A stretch of 64,000 nt of DNA, from positions 20,733,753 through 20,797,752 of the forward strand of contig NC_057719.1 in the NCBI RefSeq assembly GCF_004010195.1, written 5' to 3'. The DNA comes from Chiloscyllium plagiosum (lineage: Eukaryota). The notes beneath the pieces are model-generated. The model saw nothing but the letters and a program-made list of their open reading frames with translations, was not told the DNA's origin and ran no database searches. Shown piece after piece: positions 12,548 to 25,335 of the stretch. Positions within the stretch are counted from its first letter, which is position 1. Each line of letters opens with the position of its first letter. The position numbers were made by a program, and so were the translations under genes.

Positions 12548-12704
12548 TGTGCTTTATTAATGTTAATTATGCTGATTACTACGCTATACAGAGCCCAGCT
12601 AAAATCCAGTGATCTTCCAAATTATTCTAAATGAAGCTAATTGCTCGTTCTCATCAAAGTTCAAGATAATAATTCTGCTGGACTTTCAGTTATAGTCAGC
12701 TCTG

Positions 12705-13340
12705 AACATCCTGGGGTTTACTATTGACCAATAACTCATTTGCCGCATAAATACAGTGGCAGGTCAGAGGCTATGAATACTGCAGTGAGTAGCTCACTTC
12801 CTGACTTCCCAAAGCCTGTCCACCATTTACAAGGTACAAGTCAGGATGGTGATGGAACACTCCCCACTTGCCTGGATGAATGCAGTTACAACAACACTTG
12901 AGAAGCTTGACACCATCTAGGACGAAGTCGCCCGCTTGATTGGCATCACATCCACAAGCATCCACCCCCTCTACCACTGATGCTTAGTAGCAGCAGTGTG
13001 TACTATCTACAAGATGCACTGCAGAAATTCAGCACAGATCCTCAGACGCCACCCTCTAAACCCACAACCACTTCCACCTGGATGGACATGGGCAGCAGAT
13101 ACATGGGAACACCATTATCTGCAAGTTTCCCTCAAGCCACTCATCACCCTGACTTGGAAATATATCACCGTTCGTTTACTGTCACTGTGTCAAAATCCTG
13201 GATTTCCCTCGCATTGCAGATCTATCTACATCATAGGCACTGCAGTATTTGAAGAAGTCAGCTCACCATCACCTACTCCAGGGCAACTAGGGACAGGCAA
13301 CAAATGCTGGCCAGCCAATGACACCCATGTCACATGGGTG
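12705..13340 (+). mobile_element. Second non-LTR LINE family (CR1-Zenon/L2-group-like), RT C-terminus and 3' tail
   Basis: Frame YKVQVRMVMEHSPLAWMNAVTTTLEKLDTI*DEVARLIG; tail GGGCAACTAGGGACAGGCAACAAATGCTGG. Confidence 0.8.
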
Positions 13341-14227
13341 CAGTTTTGTTTAAAATAACAGCTTTGTCACCATTTTACTGGTTATAAATTCACCTCAACA
13401 GAGTTCAGATCATTGGCAATGACTGTTTCCACATATACATAGCCTCTGTCAGATATTTCCGATGTTTCTTCAGTTTGGTCCTCAAATTTTCTCAATCTCT
13501 TGCTATTCCATCTCATTAAATAAGCTGAGATTCTGCCATAAAAGGAGATTGTTACAGGACACTGAAAACAGAAGGGTAATTGCAGCTGGAGATGAATTGA
13601 TGCTTTCTGAATTAAATACCTAAGCCGAATTTATGCAAGAGATGTCAAAGCTGTTGGTAGCAAAACTCAAAGCTGCTGACAGAACAGCAGAAAATACCGC
13701 TTTGAAGCAGAAGAACTCAGCTGTAACCAAGAAAACCACCATGGTCCTCTGAGGAAGGATATGCACTCTTAAATATAAATTAAAATTTCAGAATGACAAA
13801 GTTATCAGTTTTACATTATCATCAGAAACAAATGGGAAAACAAAACAATGTTCCAAAAAAAATTTGTGAATTGAATTAAAAAGAATACAATGTCAAGATT
13901 TTTTATTTGACTGAATACCTACATAACATTAAATATGTCCATAAAATTAGTTAGAGGATTTTACTCAACAGAAGAATTAACTGTTTACAAACTGACAAAC
14001 CTGTATCTCCTGGAAAAGAATGCATTTTTTACATTAAAGTAATAAACTTAACGTACAAGGTAATTCTGCATTTAACTGGGATGACGACAATTCAGATGCG
14101 TGGTTAAATGTGACTTCCTTTACAGTCATGGGTATTAAAACAACCAGACAGAGAAGAAAATGGAGACCAGAAGTTAAAACCTGAACTGCGTGGTCCTAAA
14201 GATCAACTACCTGGTGACAATAAAAAT

Positions 14228-14570
14228 GGCAAAGTAACACAGTGGTTAGCACTGTTGCCTCACAGCGTCAGAGACCTGAGCTTGATTCTAGCCTTGGGTG
14301 ACTGTCTGTATGGGGTTTGCATATTCTCCCCATGTCTGCATTGGTTCCTTCTGGGTCCTCCAGTTTCCTCCCACAGCCTAAAGATACGCAGGCTACATGG
14401 ATGGGCCATGTTAAATTGCCCATAGAGTCCAGGGATTTGCAGGCTAGGTGGATTAGCCCTGGAAAACGCGAGGGTCATGACGATAGGGTTGGGGGGTGGC
14501 TCTGGGAGGGCTGTGCAAACTCGATGGCCTGAATGGCCTGCTTCCACACTGTAGGGTTCTATGATTCTAA
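14228..14570 (+). mobile_element. HE1/V-SINE-type SINE (diverged)
   Basis: CAGTGGTTAGCACTGTTGCCTCACAGC, V-domain, tail ...CCACACTGTAGGGTTCTATGATTCT. Confidence 0.88.
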
Positions 14571-15392
14571 TGTTGAGTCTGGTTGCAATGGGAAACAAGT
14601 GGAACTACTAAATCCAGGGTATCCAGCTTTAGAAATGCTATGATAAAGAAGTTCACACCTTCTGATGTTAGAAAGCCAAAGTGATTGTCAGCAATCAACA
14701 ATGTTGTTCTTGATCAAGTCAACTAGACCAAACCAAGTATATCAGGACATGGAAAAGCTGGAATACTGGTGTTAAATGAGAAAGGATGCTTGCTACAAAA
14801 ACTGGCAGAAAGCAAAGTGATTGGTTGTAAACTAAAAGCTCATTCGTAAAACTGTTGGAATCCTCAGAGCTCATGCAAACTGGATTTTAAATCCTTACTG
14901 TCAAATGCTGTTGATTGTTCCAGATTAAGCAATAAGCTAAGGCAAAATGTTTAATGGTGCAAAGTGACAAAATGAAAGAGAACATTACTCATACTCCGTG
15001 TATGTAGTTAATAGTTAATGTCGCAATAATGTCATACTTTGCTAGTGTTGTGGAAAAACTATTACTATGATAATTTTCATTTTTTAGGCAGAAAAGATGT
15101 TATGAATTTTGAGATTTATAAGGTGATCATCTTAAAACTGTTCCCTTTAATTAAAGCGAAGATGATTAATGGAGAGGGGCTTGTGGTTTCAGATTAGTTC
15201 TGCACAAGCCAGGTTCATGTGACACATGAGGAGAAGGTACCCAGGTCAAATGCTTTTCAAAGTCAGGTACAACAGTGAACACAAAGAAAATGGCACTTTC
15301 CTAGCTGCTGTAGATTTTCAGGTTCTGGTGAGTACAAAACAGGCGTTACGTGCCCAGAAGAAAATGACTGCTCTTGGGTTAACTCAAGCAAA

Positions 15393-15578
15393 AGCTGAAA
15401 ATGTGTTGCTGGAAAAGCACAGCAGGTCAGGCAGCATCCAAGGAGTAGGAGATTCGACGTTTCGGGCATAAGCCCTTCTTCAGGAATTGGATGCTGCCTG
15501 ACCTGCTGCGCTTTTCCAGCAACACATTTTCAGCTCTGATCTCCAGCATCTGCAGTCCTCACTTTCTCCTCGAAGATT
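15393..15578. mobile_element. Penelope-like family A element with inverted arms, 16-bp TSD
   Basis: TTAACTCAAGCAAAAG at 15379-15394 and 15579-15594; arms AGCTGAAAATGTGTTGCTGG...GCAGCATCCAA and TTGGATGCTGCC...CACATTTTCAGCT. Confidence 0.88.
15456..15483 (-). ncRNA. Minimal hammerhead ribozyme core (family A)
   Basis: Minus strand AUUC-CUGAAGA-A-GGGC-UUAU-GCCC-GAAAC-GUC-GAAU; AUUC/GAAU can form a 4-bp stem I. Confidence 0.75.
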
Positions 15579-15799
15579 TTAACTCAAGCAAAAGGCCAGT
15601 GAAAATGGAATACATGTCTGAGAATGTAAAGATAGTGGGAACATAGAGACCATGCTTAGTGATTGGAACAAGGTCAACTAGGTGAACCTCAGTGGATATG
15701 AGTTCCCTGACTGGGGCTGTTAACCTGGTCCATTTCAGCAGTGGGGGTCAAGAGGGCTTAAGACAGGGGGCAGTCAGGAAGGTAAATCTGAATATTAAA

Positions 15800-18700
15800 T
15801 ACTTACCTTGTGAAGCAGCGGAGTGAAGGCTGAACAGGGGCAGATGCAGACACGGCGACTGTTGCATATGTGAACTGATAGAGTCGGGCAGTGGCTAAAC
15901 CTGAAACATGACGCGTGTAGTCTCCCACCCGTCCTCCTCCTGTAACCAAAACAAAAAGGGGCTGTATGCAGAGTTGGCAGGTTAAGGATTTTTAAAATCT
16001 CTTCTGGCAATTTTGAGCAGAGGGGTTGGAAACTAGGGCAGGTGCATGCTCCTCTTGCAGGATGTGGGAGGGACGGGTCAACACTGGTGTCCCTGCTGAC
16101 TTCACCTGCAAGAAGTGAACACAACTCCAGCTCCATACAGACCGTGTTAGGGAACTGGAGCTGGAGCTGGGTGAACTCCGGATCATTCAGGAGGCTGAGG
16201 GGGTGATAGAGAGGAGTTATGGGGAATCACACTTAAGTTACAGGATAAAGGTAGCTAGGTGACCATCAGGAGAGGGAAAAGGAATTGGCAGACAGTGCAG
16301 GGATCCCCTGTGGCCATTCCCCTCAATAATAAGTATACCATTTTGGATATTGTTGAGGGGACAACCTGCCATGGGAAAGCCACAGCGGCCAGGTCTCTGG
16401 CACTGAGCTCAGAAGCGCAAGGGGGCAAAAAAGAGAGCAATAGCAATAGGAGATTCAATGGTTAGAGGAACAGACAGGAGGTTCTGTGGTTGCAAGCGAG
16501 AACCCTGGATTATAGGATGTCTCCGAGGTGCCAGGGTCAGGAATGTCTCAGACTGAGTCTGCAAGATTCTTAAGAGGTAGAGTGAGCAGCCAGAAGTTGT
16601 GGGACACATTGGTACCAATGACATAGCCAGGAAAAGGGATGAGGGCCTGAAAAGTGAGTATAGGGAGTTAGGTTAGAAACTAGAAGGCAGGACGAACAGA
16701 GCAGTAATCTCAGCATTGCTACCGATGCCACGAGCTAGTGAGGCTAGAAACAGAGAGCATGTGCAGATGAACATGTGGCTGCAGGGCTGGTGTAGGAGGG
16801 AGGGTTTCAGTTATGTGGATCTTTGGGATACCTTCTGGGGAAGGTGGGACCTGTACAAGAAGGATGGATTGCAACTGAGGGGCACCAATATCTTGGGCAG
16901 GAGGTTTGCTGGAACTGTTCAGGAGGGTTTAAACTAGATTGGCAGGGGGATGGGAACCAGAGCTAGGATTGGAGGGTGAGGAAGGATAGACAGTTGATAG
17001 GGCAAATTTGCAGTCAGTGTAATGGGTTGAAGTGTGTCTATTTTAATGCAAGAAGTATCAGGAAAAGGATGATAAACTGAGAGCATGGATCAGTACTTGG
17101 AACTACAATGTTGTTGCCATTACTGAGACATGGATATCACAGGTGAAGGAATGGTTGTTGGATGTTCTGGGGTTTAGATATTTCAAAAGGAATAGGGAGG
17201 GAGGTAAAAGAGGTGGAGGAGTGACATTGTTAATCAGGGATAGTATAACCACAGAAAGGGAGGCCGCCGAGGAGAGTTTATCTATCGAGTTATTATGGGT
17301 AGAAGTCAGAAACAGGAAAGGAGCAGTCACTTAATTGGAAGGTTTTACAAGCCCCTCAACAGGAGCAGAGACACAGAGGAGCAGATTGGGAGGCAGATTT
17401 TGGAAAAGTGCAGAAGTAACAGGTTTGTTGTCATGGGTGACTTCAACTTCCCTAATATTGATTGGAACCTCCTCAGTGCAATTAACTTGGATGGAGCTGA
17501 TTTTGAAGGATTCCTGATTCAATATATAGACAGGCAGACCACAGGGGAGGCCATATTGGATTTAGTGCTTGGTAACAATCCAGGTCAGGTGACAGGTCTT
17601 TTAGTGGGACAGCATTTCGGTGATAGTGATTACAACTCCATGACCTTCACTATACTCATGGAGAAGGATAGGAGCAGATAGTATAGGAAAGCATTTATTT
17701 GGGTGAATTACACTGCTTTTAGCAGGAACTGTGGAGCATAAATCAAGAACAGATATACTAAGGGAATTACATGACAGAAATGTGGAGGTTATTCATGGAT
17801 CACTTGCTGCGTGTGCTGGATAGGTTTTTCCCACTGGCACAAAGTAGGGATGGGAGGTTGAAATAACCTTGGATGACAAATGATGTGGAGCATCTAGTCA
17901 AGAGGAATAAGGAAGCTTAAGGCCAAGGAGGCAAGGATCAGGCAGGGCTCTAGAAGGTTACAAGGTAGCCAGGAAGGAAGTGAATAATGGACTTTGGAGA
18001 GCTAGAAGGGGTCATGAAAAAGCTTTAGACGATAGGATTAAGGAAAACCCCAAGGCATTGTACACTTATACGGAGAAGAGGATGGCCAAAGTGAGGGTAG
18101 GGCCAATCAGGGATAGTGGAGGGAAGTTGTACCTGGAGTTGAAGGAGGGAGAGGAGGTCCCTAATGAATACTTGGTTCAGTATTCACCAGAAAGAGGAAC
18201 CTCATAAAACAGGCTGATCTGCTTGAACAGGTTGAGTATGTGCTGGAAATTTTGAAAAACATTAAGATAGATAAGTCCCCTGGGCCAGATGGGATGTACC
18301 CAAGGTTGCTATGGGAAATGAGGGAAGAGATTACTGCACCTTTGGTGCTGATCTTTGCATCCTCACTGTCCATTGGATTAGTGCCAGATGATTGGAGGTT
18401 GGCAAATGTAATTCCCTTATTCAAGAAAGGGAATAGGGATAACACTGGGAATTACAGACCAGTCAGTCTTAGGTTGTTGGTGGGCAAAGTATTAGAGTGG
18501 ATTCTGAGAGACAGGATTTATGATTGCAAAACCATAGTTTGATGAGGGACATCATGGCTTTGTGAGGGGCAGGTTTGGCCTCACAAGCCTTATTGAATTC
18601 TTTGAGGATGTGACAAAACACCTTGATGAAGGTAGAGCAGTAGATGTGGTGTAAATGGATTTGAGCAAGGCATTTGATAAGGTTTCCCATGGTAGGCTCA

Positions 18701-19305
18701 TTTAGAAAGTAAGGAGGCATGGGGTACAGGGAAATTTGGCTGTCTGGATACAGAATTGGCTGACCCATAGAAGACTGAGGATGGTAGTTGATGGAAAGTA
18801 TTCAACATGGAGCTTGGTGACCAGTGGTGCTCCACAGGGATCTATTCTGGGACCTCTGCTCTTTGTAATTTTTATAAATGACTTGGATGAGGAAGTGGAA
18901 GCTTGGGTTAGAAAGTTTTTCAATGACACAAAGGTTGGTGGAATAGTGAATAGTGTTGAGGGCTGTTGTAGGTTGCAACAGGACATTGACAGGATGCAGA
19001 GCTGGGCTGAGAAGTGGCAGATGGAGTTCAACCTGGAAAAGTATGGATTGATTCATTTTGGTAGGTCAATTTCAAATGCAGATTACAAGGTTAATAGCAG
19101 GATTCTTAGCAGTGTGAAGGAACAGAGGGATCTTGGGCTCTAAGTACATAGATCCATGAAAGTTGCCATCCAAGTTAATGGGGATGTTAAGAAGGCTTCT
19201 GGTGTGATGGCTTTCATTAGCAGAGGGATTGAACTTAAGGGCAGCAAGGTTATGCTTCAGCTCTATAAAGCCCTGGTTAGACCACACTTGGAATATTGTA
19301 TACAG
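15800..19305 (+). mobile_element. CR1 LINE with decayed ORF1 (Zn finger/leucine zipper + SGNH esterase, about 16027-16937) and ORF2 (APE endonuclease + RT, about 17030-19305); 3' end missing
   Basis: ACSSCRMWE...FTCKK, RVRELELEL, IGDSMVRG, HIGTND, YFNARS, VAITETW, VVMGDFNFPNIDW, ILDLVL, KSPGPDG, NYRPVSL, PQGSILGPLLFVIFINDL; many stops and frameshifts. Confidence 0.95.
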
Positions 19306-19308
19306 GTC

Positions 19309-19400
19309 TTGATGAAGGAGCACCTGATGAAGGAGCCGTGCTCTGAAAGCTTGTGACTTCAAATAAACCTGTTGGACTGTAAGCTTGTGTCATGTGACTT
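19309..19400 (+). mobile_element. Penelope LTR-like element, family C, hammerhead at 19321-19355
   Basis: CAC-CTGATGA-A-GGAGC-CGT-GCTCT-GAAAG-CTT-GTG (stem I CAC/GTG), then AATAAACCTGTTGGACT shared with 28787 and 43236. Confidence 0.8.
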
Positions 19401-19433
19401 CAATTTAATTTGTGATTGAAAGCAAAGTCCATT

Positions 19434-19562
19434 ATTCTGAGGAAGAGAGACTGGACCTGAAACATTAACTCTGGCTTTTCTCCATGGATGCTGCCAGAAC
19501 TGTTGAACTTTCCAAACAATTTCTGTTTTTGTTTCTGATTTTCAGCATCCACAATTCTTTTG
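19434..19562 (+). mobile_element. Penelope-like short element, family B
   Basis: TTCTGAGGAAGAGAGACTGGACCTGAAACATTAACTCTG...GATGCTGCCAGA...CAGCATCCACAA. Confidence 0.75.
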
Positions 19563-19729
19563 GAGTCCATTATTCCCAAAAAATTGATCACAATCCTCAA
19601 TATCAACAACTAGAAACTGCACCAAATCAAGGTTCGTCACAACTGTGTTGGACCACAAATTGCAACTGTGTTACAAATTGATTAATTATTCACTTCTGTT
19701 ATTATACTCTAAAGAGGTACAAGCATAAG

Positions 19730-20618
19730 AGATACAGTTAGTAAGTTTGCAGATGACACCAAAATTGGAGGTGTAGTGGACAGCGAAGAGGGTTACCTCA
19801 GATTATAATAGAATCTGGACCAGATGGGCCAATGGGCTGGGAAGTGGCAGATGGAGTTTAATTCAGATAAATGTGAGGTGCTTGGGAAAGCAAATCTTAG
19901 CAGGACTTATACACTTAATGATAAGGCCCGAGGGAGTGTTGCTGAACAAAGAGACCTTGGAGTGTAGGTTCATAGCTCCTTGAAAGTGGAGTCGCAGGTA
20001 GATAGGATAGTGAAGAAGGCGTTTGGTATGCTTTCCCTTATTGGTCAGAGTATTGAGTACAGAAGTTGGGATATCATGTTGCGGCTGTACAGGACATTGG
20101 TTAGGCCACTGTTGGAATATTGCGCGCAATTCTGGTCTCCTTCCTATCGGAAAGATCTTGTGAAACTTGAAAGGGTTCAGAAAAGATTTCCAAGGATGTT
20201 GCCAGGGTTGGAGGATTTGAGCTATAGGGAGAGGCTGAGGGGTGACCTTATAGAGGTTTACAAAATTATGAGGGGCATGGATAGGATAAATAGGCAAAGT
20301 CTTTTCCCTGGGGTCAGGGAGTCCAGAACTAGAGGGCATAGGTTTAGGGTGAGAGGGGAAAGATATAAAAGAGACCTAAGGGGCAATGTCTTCATGCAGA
20401 GGGTGGTACATGTATGGAATGAGCTGCCAGAGGATGTGGTGGAGGCTGGTACAATTGCAACATTTAAGGGGCATTTGGATGGGTATATGAATAGGAAGGG
20501 TTTGGAGGGATATGGACCAGGTGCTGTCAGGTGTGACTAGATTGGATATGGATATCTGGTCGGCATGGACGGGTTGGACCGAAGGGTCTGTTTCCATGCT
20601 GTACATCTCTATGACTCT
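19730..20618 (+). mobile_element. CR1 (HER1-like) LINE, 5'-truncated, with 3' tail
   Basis: SKFADDTK, LVRPLLEYCAQFWSP, LRGDLIEVYKIM, RVVHVWNELP; tail CTCTATGACTCT. Confidence 0.95.
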
Positions 20619-20732
20619 TTAACCAAATAATGAAAATTTACACAAGGCATGGTAGGCAATGGACAGAAAGGATTCAATCCTGCTTGCTGCATCAAACTTA
20701 CTTGAACAAAGTTGCTGCTGAGTAAGAAAGAC

Positions 20733-20955
20733 AGAGGCAATGGTAAAATAGTAATATCACGGGATTATCAATACAAAAGGATAACTATGGACATGAGTTC
20801 AAATCATCACAGCATCAGATGACTGAATTTGAATAATAAATATTTGCAAGTGATAAGCTTGGCTAATAATAAACAAGCAATGATTGCCAGAAGAATCCTT
20901 TAGGGAGTGAAATATGTCATCATTAAGTCAGAGCCACAGCAATGTGACTGACCTT
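20733..20955 (+). mobile_element. Degraded Deu-SINE head fragment
   Basis: GAGGCAATGGT..AGTAATATCAC, GAGTTCAAATC, CCTTTAGGGAGTGAAA, CCACAGCAATGTG resemble the reverse complement of 43670-43955. Confidence 0.5.
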
Positions 20956-20989
20956 TAAGTGTCCACTGAAATTGTCTCACATCCACTCA

Positions 20990-21705
20990 GTGATGTTTCC
21001 ATAACAGAGAATGTAAAACTTGATTGGAAGAAAATTCTGCAACACTGTTGTAATGTAGAGCTCAAAAGCTTACAAAGAAAACACTGTGACAATGCTATTG
21101 TTTTAAATTTTGAAAAGACTTTAAGCATTAAAACAACAATGATTGAGTGGAAAATTACATGACTAAAAGGATCAGTGTTTATCTGTTGCAAGGTAGTTAA
21201 ATATTTGAGGAAAATAGAACAAATAGCACTGAGATACAACTTATTTAAAGTGGTTTTCATAGCAATAAGAGGAATTAATCTATTAAGAAGAAATGACAGA
21301 AGAAATAATATTACCATCAAGATTTAATTTCAGAGATGGGTCAAACTGAACATAGGATTATACATCTTGGAGAAAACAGTTCTTAAATGTAGAAGATACA
21401 AAATTGCTTCAAAATTAAATAGTACATCTCAAACTGAATAAGAAAATAAACTATTAAATTCAGTGTTTCAAATATTAGATTATACAATGGCTAAATCAGG
21501 GCTAATGCCCGAAATGTCGATTCTCCTGTTCCCTGGATGCTGCCTGACCTGCTGCGCTTTTCCAGCAACACATTTCCATCTCTGATCTCCAGCATCTGCA
21601 GACCTCACTTTCTCCTCAAAGCACAAACTGTGCCCAGCAATGAAAAAAGAATGCTATTTCTGTAAAACTACAGATAATTTCCAGAAGTTGTGTAGAAATA
21701 GGAAG
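20990..21705 (+). mobile_element. Gypsy-type gag remnant (interrupted by a family A element)
   Basis: HKLCPAMKKECYFCKTTDNFQKLCRNR at about 21622-21702 is a degenerate CCHC knuckle; LEKTVLKCRR upstream. Confidence 0.5.
21499..21617 (+). mobile_element. Penelope-like family A element (young; lacks the CUGANGA part)
   Basis: 116/117 identical to the reverse complement of 57343-57459 by eye. Confidence 0.88.
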
Positions 21706-21717
21706 CTTAGCATCTTT

Positions 21718-22215
21718 GAGGACAAAGCAGCCTGCTTGATTGGCCTCCATCCATCAGCTTCAACATTCATTGCATTCATTCCTAATACACACTGGCATTA
21801 GAGTGCACTTTCTCCAAAATGCACTGTAGCACTCACCAAGGCTTCTCTGAATATATAATGGCATCAGATAAATAGACACCTGCAAGTCCCCCACTGGTGT
21901 ACACACACACACACACATTCCCACTCTCTGGCGCCATCTTAAAACACAGAAGAATAAACCAAAAATTAGAACACAATGGCAGAAAAATAACAAAATAAAG
22001 AATTAGCATTCAACATTATCAGCTTTAACAATATTATTGTTCCTTCACTGTCACTGGGTCAAAATCCTGCAATTCCCTATGAACAGCATTGTGGGTATAG
22101 TACATACCAAGGGCAGTAGTGTTTCAAAAATACAACATACCATCCTTCCCTGAACAGCAATTAAGGACAGAGAACAAATGCTTGTCTAGCCAGCGACACC
22201 ATATCCACGACAAAA
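21718..22215 (+). mobile_element. Second LINE family, degraded 3' end
   Basis: GGACAAAGCAGCCTGCTTGATTGGC, CACTGTCACTGGGTCAAAATCCTG, tail CTAGCCAGCGACACC. Confidence 0.65.
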
Positions 22216-22734
22216 AAAGACATTGAAATTTGGGTGCGAACTTAAATTGTGTCCAGAAATTTATATTTTCACAGTGCATTTCAATTCAAGACAGGTGCAA
22301 ATTGGAAACAAATGCTGAAAAACTGAATTAGTTTCATCTTAGTACTCTTCATTTAGTGCCTAGAAAATGTCTTTCTATACAAGTACATTTCCATGCTAAT
22401 AGCTTGACACTCAGCAATTAAATGTGTCAACGTTTTCACAAAAAAACATGTAAACCACTGTGAAGATTGAATTTATTTGCAGCAAGTAATTGTTCACAGT
22501 TCAGAATTTACCTTGTACAAGCGAGTCAAAGCCTTAATGCAGATTGTAGTCAAGATGGAAAAGAAGTAAAAGATGAGGAAGTTTGAAAAGTATTGATTTG
22601 ATGATGACTCAGAGGAAGGAAAAGAGTTAAAAATGGAAAAGAAGATAAGTTAACCTAGTCCAGTATGGCTTAGCATTGTTAGGTTGCCTTTAATTATTAT
22701 CATTCAGGGTTTTGCTAGCTAGTCCAAAATTATC

Positions 22735-22892
22735 AAACATAAGAACAAAAGAATTAGGAAGAGGAGTAGGCAATTCAGCCCTTGTCATTTAATACAATCA
22801 TGACTGATCTCATCTCAGTCTCAACTTCACTTTCCTACCTGCTCCCATAACCCTAAAACTTGTTACTAATTGAAAATCTATCTATTTCATTC
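22735..22892 (-). mobile_element. CR1 3' tail fragment
   Basis: AACATAAGAAC..TAGGAAGAGGAGTAGG..ATTCAGCCC..ATCATGACTGATCT. Confidence 0.65.
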
Positions 22893-23700
22893 TAATTACC
22901 CTGTAGAAAATGGTGGTGAGCTGCCTCCTTGAACCATTGTAGTCCATGAGTAACTAGCCTCACAGTATCTCCCTCCCACCATCGAGAGCAAGTTCCAGGA
23001 TTTTGACCCAGCAACAGTGAAGGGGAGTCGATATATTTCCAAATCAGGATGGTGAGTGAGGAGGGGAATGTGCAGGTGGTGTTAACTTCAGTGTAATGCT
23101 GCCTTGGGTGCTTCTCGGTGGAAATGATCATGGGTTTTAAAGATGCAGTCGAAGGAGCCTTGTTAAATTTCTATTGCTAAAGCACCAGTGATAGAGGGAG
23201 TGATGGTTTCAATGTGGTCCCAGTTAAGCAGGCTGCTTTGTGCTGGATGGGGTCAAGCTTTGTAAGTGTGTTTGAAGCTGCATCCATCCAGGCAAGTGGG
23301 AAGTATCATAATGCTCCTGACTTGTGCCAAGAAGTACTGGATGGGCTTTTGAGAGACAAAGGTGACTTAGGCACTATAGGATTCTTAGCATCTGGCCTGC
23401 TTGTGAAGCCACTGTATGTTTATAGCCAATCCAATTCAATTTCTGGTCAATGGTAACAGCCAGGTTTTTAATAGTGAGCCATTCAGCAATGGCAATGCTA
23501 TTCGATGTTGCAGTATGATGGGTATGATAATATTCTCTGTTGCTAGAGATGGTAATTACCTGGTATTTATGTGACATGAATGTTCTTGACCACTTCACAG
23601 CCACATATGAATCCAACCAGTGAAGATTTTTTCCCTCTGATTCTCATTGACTCAGTTTTTGTTCAGGCTCCTTGATACTATACTCAGTAGAGCACCACTT
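22893..23700 (-). mobile_element. Second LINE family, RT to 3' fragment
   Basis: Antisense of 12705-13340; frames ILIWKYI, VTIDQKLNW. Confidence 0.75.
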
Positions 23701-23714
23701 TAATTCATGGTCAG

Positions 23715-23955
23715 AGATTGTGGAGTTTTCACGTTTTCCATGTATCTGCATGGGTTCCCTCCGGGTGCTCTGGTTTCCACCCACAATGCAAAGATGTGCA
23801 GTTTAGGTGGATTGGCCATGCTGAAAAGTAGTGTGCAAACTAGATGAGTTGGCCATGGGACATGCAGAGTTACGACACAGGGTGGAATGTTCTTTGGAGG
23901 GTTGATGCAGACTCGATAGACTGAATGGCCTTTTTCCACACTGTGGGATTCTATG
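23715..23955 (+). mobile_element. HE1/V-SINE fragment (head missing)
   Basis: V-domain and CCACACTGTGGGATTCTATGA tail. Confidence 0.8.
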
Positions 23956-23956
23956 A

Positions 23957-24162
23957 ATGCTGTAGAAACTCAGTAAGTCTAATGCATCTGTGGGAAGAGA
24001 ATCAGAGTCAATGTTTATGAGTCCAAAGGCTCTGCTTTGGAGCTTAAAGTCTTTGGACTGAACCATTAACTCTGTTTCTCTTCCCACAGATGATGCCAGG
24101 ACTGCTGAGCTTCTCCAGAATTTTCTATTTTATTTCAGATTTACAGCATCCACAGTATGTTG
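23957..24162. mobile_element. Penelope-like family B-related element with inverted arms (old)
   Basis: CATCTGTGGGAAGAGAATCAGAGTCAATG is inverted against CATTAACTCTGTTTCTCTTCCCACAGATG. Confidence 0.7.
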
Positions 24163-25019
24163 TATTAATCCACCTCTCTGAGTATGTTCAAAAGGATTTG
24201 ATCAGAGTGATGGAAACTTCTTCATTAACAATAATGGTCACCCATTGTTCATTGATGGTCATCATCATATAATTGGAACTCCTTTGATATTTTGGAGAAC
24301 TTTAATTGTACAAATCTGAATTTTGTTATTAATGTATACAGTGCAGAGAACTGCAACAGATCTCCAGTTAGGATTCCTGCCTGTCTGAACTTACAGCTGA
24401 ATTGAAAGTTGAAAGCTCTTCAAAATTTGTTTCCAAAATGAATCCTAAATTCACCTGAAATTTACTACTATCTTTGCCAGGAACTGCTATCACGTCTCAC
24501 TGCCTTATAACCAACTCTGATGGAAGTCTACAATTCCTCACATCAACTATTTACGGTCAGTGCCTCAAAGTATATACTATGTAAGTTATTTCCACTGGTA
24601 CCTACTCCCCATCTGATTCCGAGATTTAGTTTGGGTATCAATGACTCAAACCTTGCAATTTGCAGAAACAATTATACCTTTATTGACTATGTATTGTGAC
24701 ACAAACATAATCCAGAAATACTTCAGACATAAGATTCAACACTCACCTTGTGCTTTAATTTCCCTGAGAGATGCACACAGTCAGATGGCCAGTCTATCTT
24801 CTGCTGTTCTGTTCTTGGATAGCTGACTAAGCTGCCTTCTATTTTTTATCTTCAACTGCAGCCACAGCAACAACAACACCGAGCCAATTGAGACTGTGCC
24901 TACTTTCCAATGTTCTGATTAACAACATCCCATGACTGGTCCATTTCTCACCCCCGCCAACCTTTCCTAGAGCAGAAGAGATCTTTCAACACATTTGGTT
25001 AATCTCCTTCTAAATCTGG

Positions 25020-25335
25020 TGGCACTGGTGGCTCAGTGGCTAGCACTGCTGCCTCACAGCGCCAGGGACCTGGTTCAATTCTAGCCTTGGGTGACTGTCT
25101 GTGTGGAGTTTGCACGTTTCCCCATATCTGCATGGGTTTCCTCCCACAGTCCAAAGATATGCAGGCCAGGTGAATTGCCCATGCTAAATTGTCCATAGTG
25201 CTAGGTGCATTAGTCAGGGGTAAATATAGGGTAGGGGAATGGATCTGGGGGTGGGGGGGCTAACTCTTCAGAGGGTTGGTGTGGACTTGCTGGGCTGAAA
25301 GGCCTGTTTGCACTCTGTAGGAATTCTAATTCTAA
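25020..25335 (+). mobile_element. HE1/V-SINE-type SINE
   Basis: GGTGGCTCAGTGGCTAGCACTGCTGCCTCACAGCGCC, B box GGTTCAATTC, V-domain, (ATTCTA)n tail. Confidence 0.9.

Noticed and set aside
15600..15790. Possible LTR fragment upstream of the long CR1
   Set aside because: Only a recalled resemblance; no second LTR, PBS or TG...CA ends visible
19980..20540. Longest ORF (186 aa) as a gene
   Set aside because: It is the C-terminal part of a 5'-truncated CR1 ORF2 with a TTG start and upstream stops
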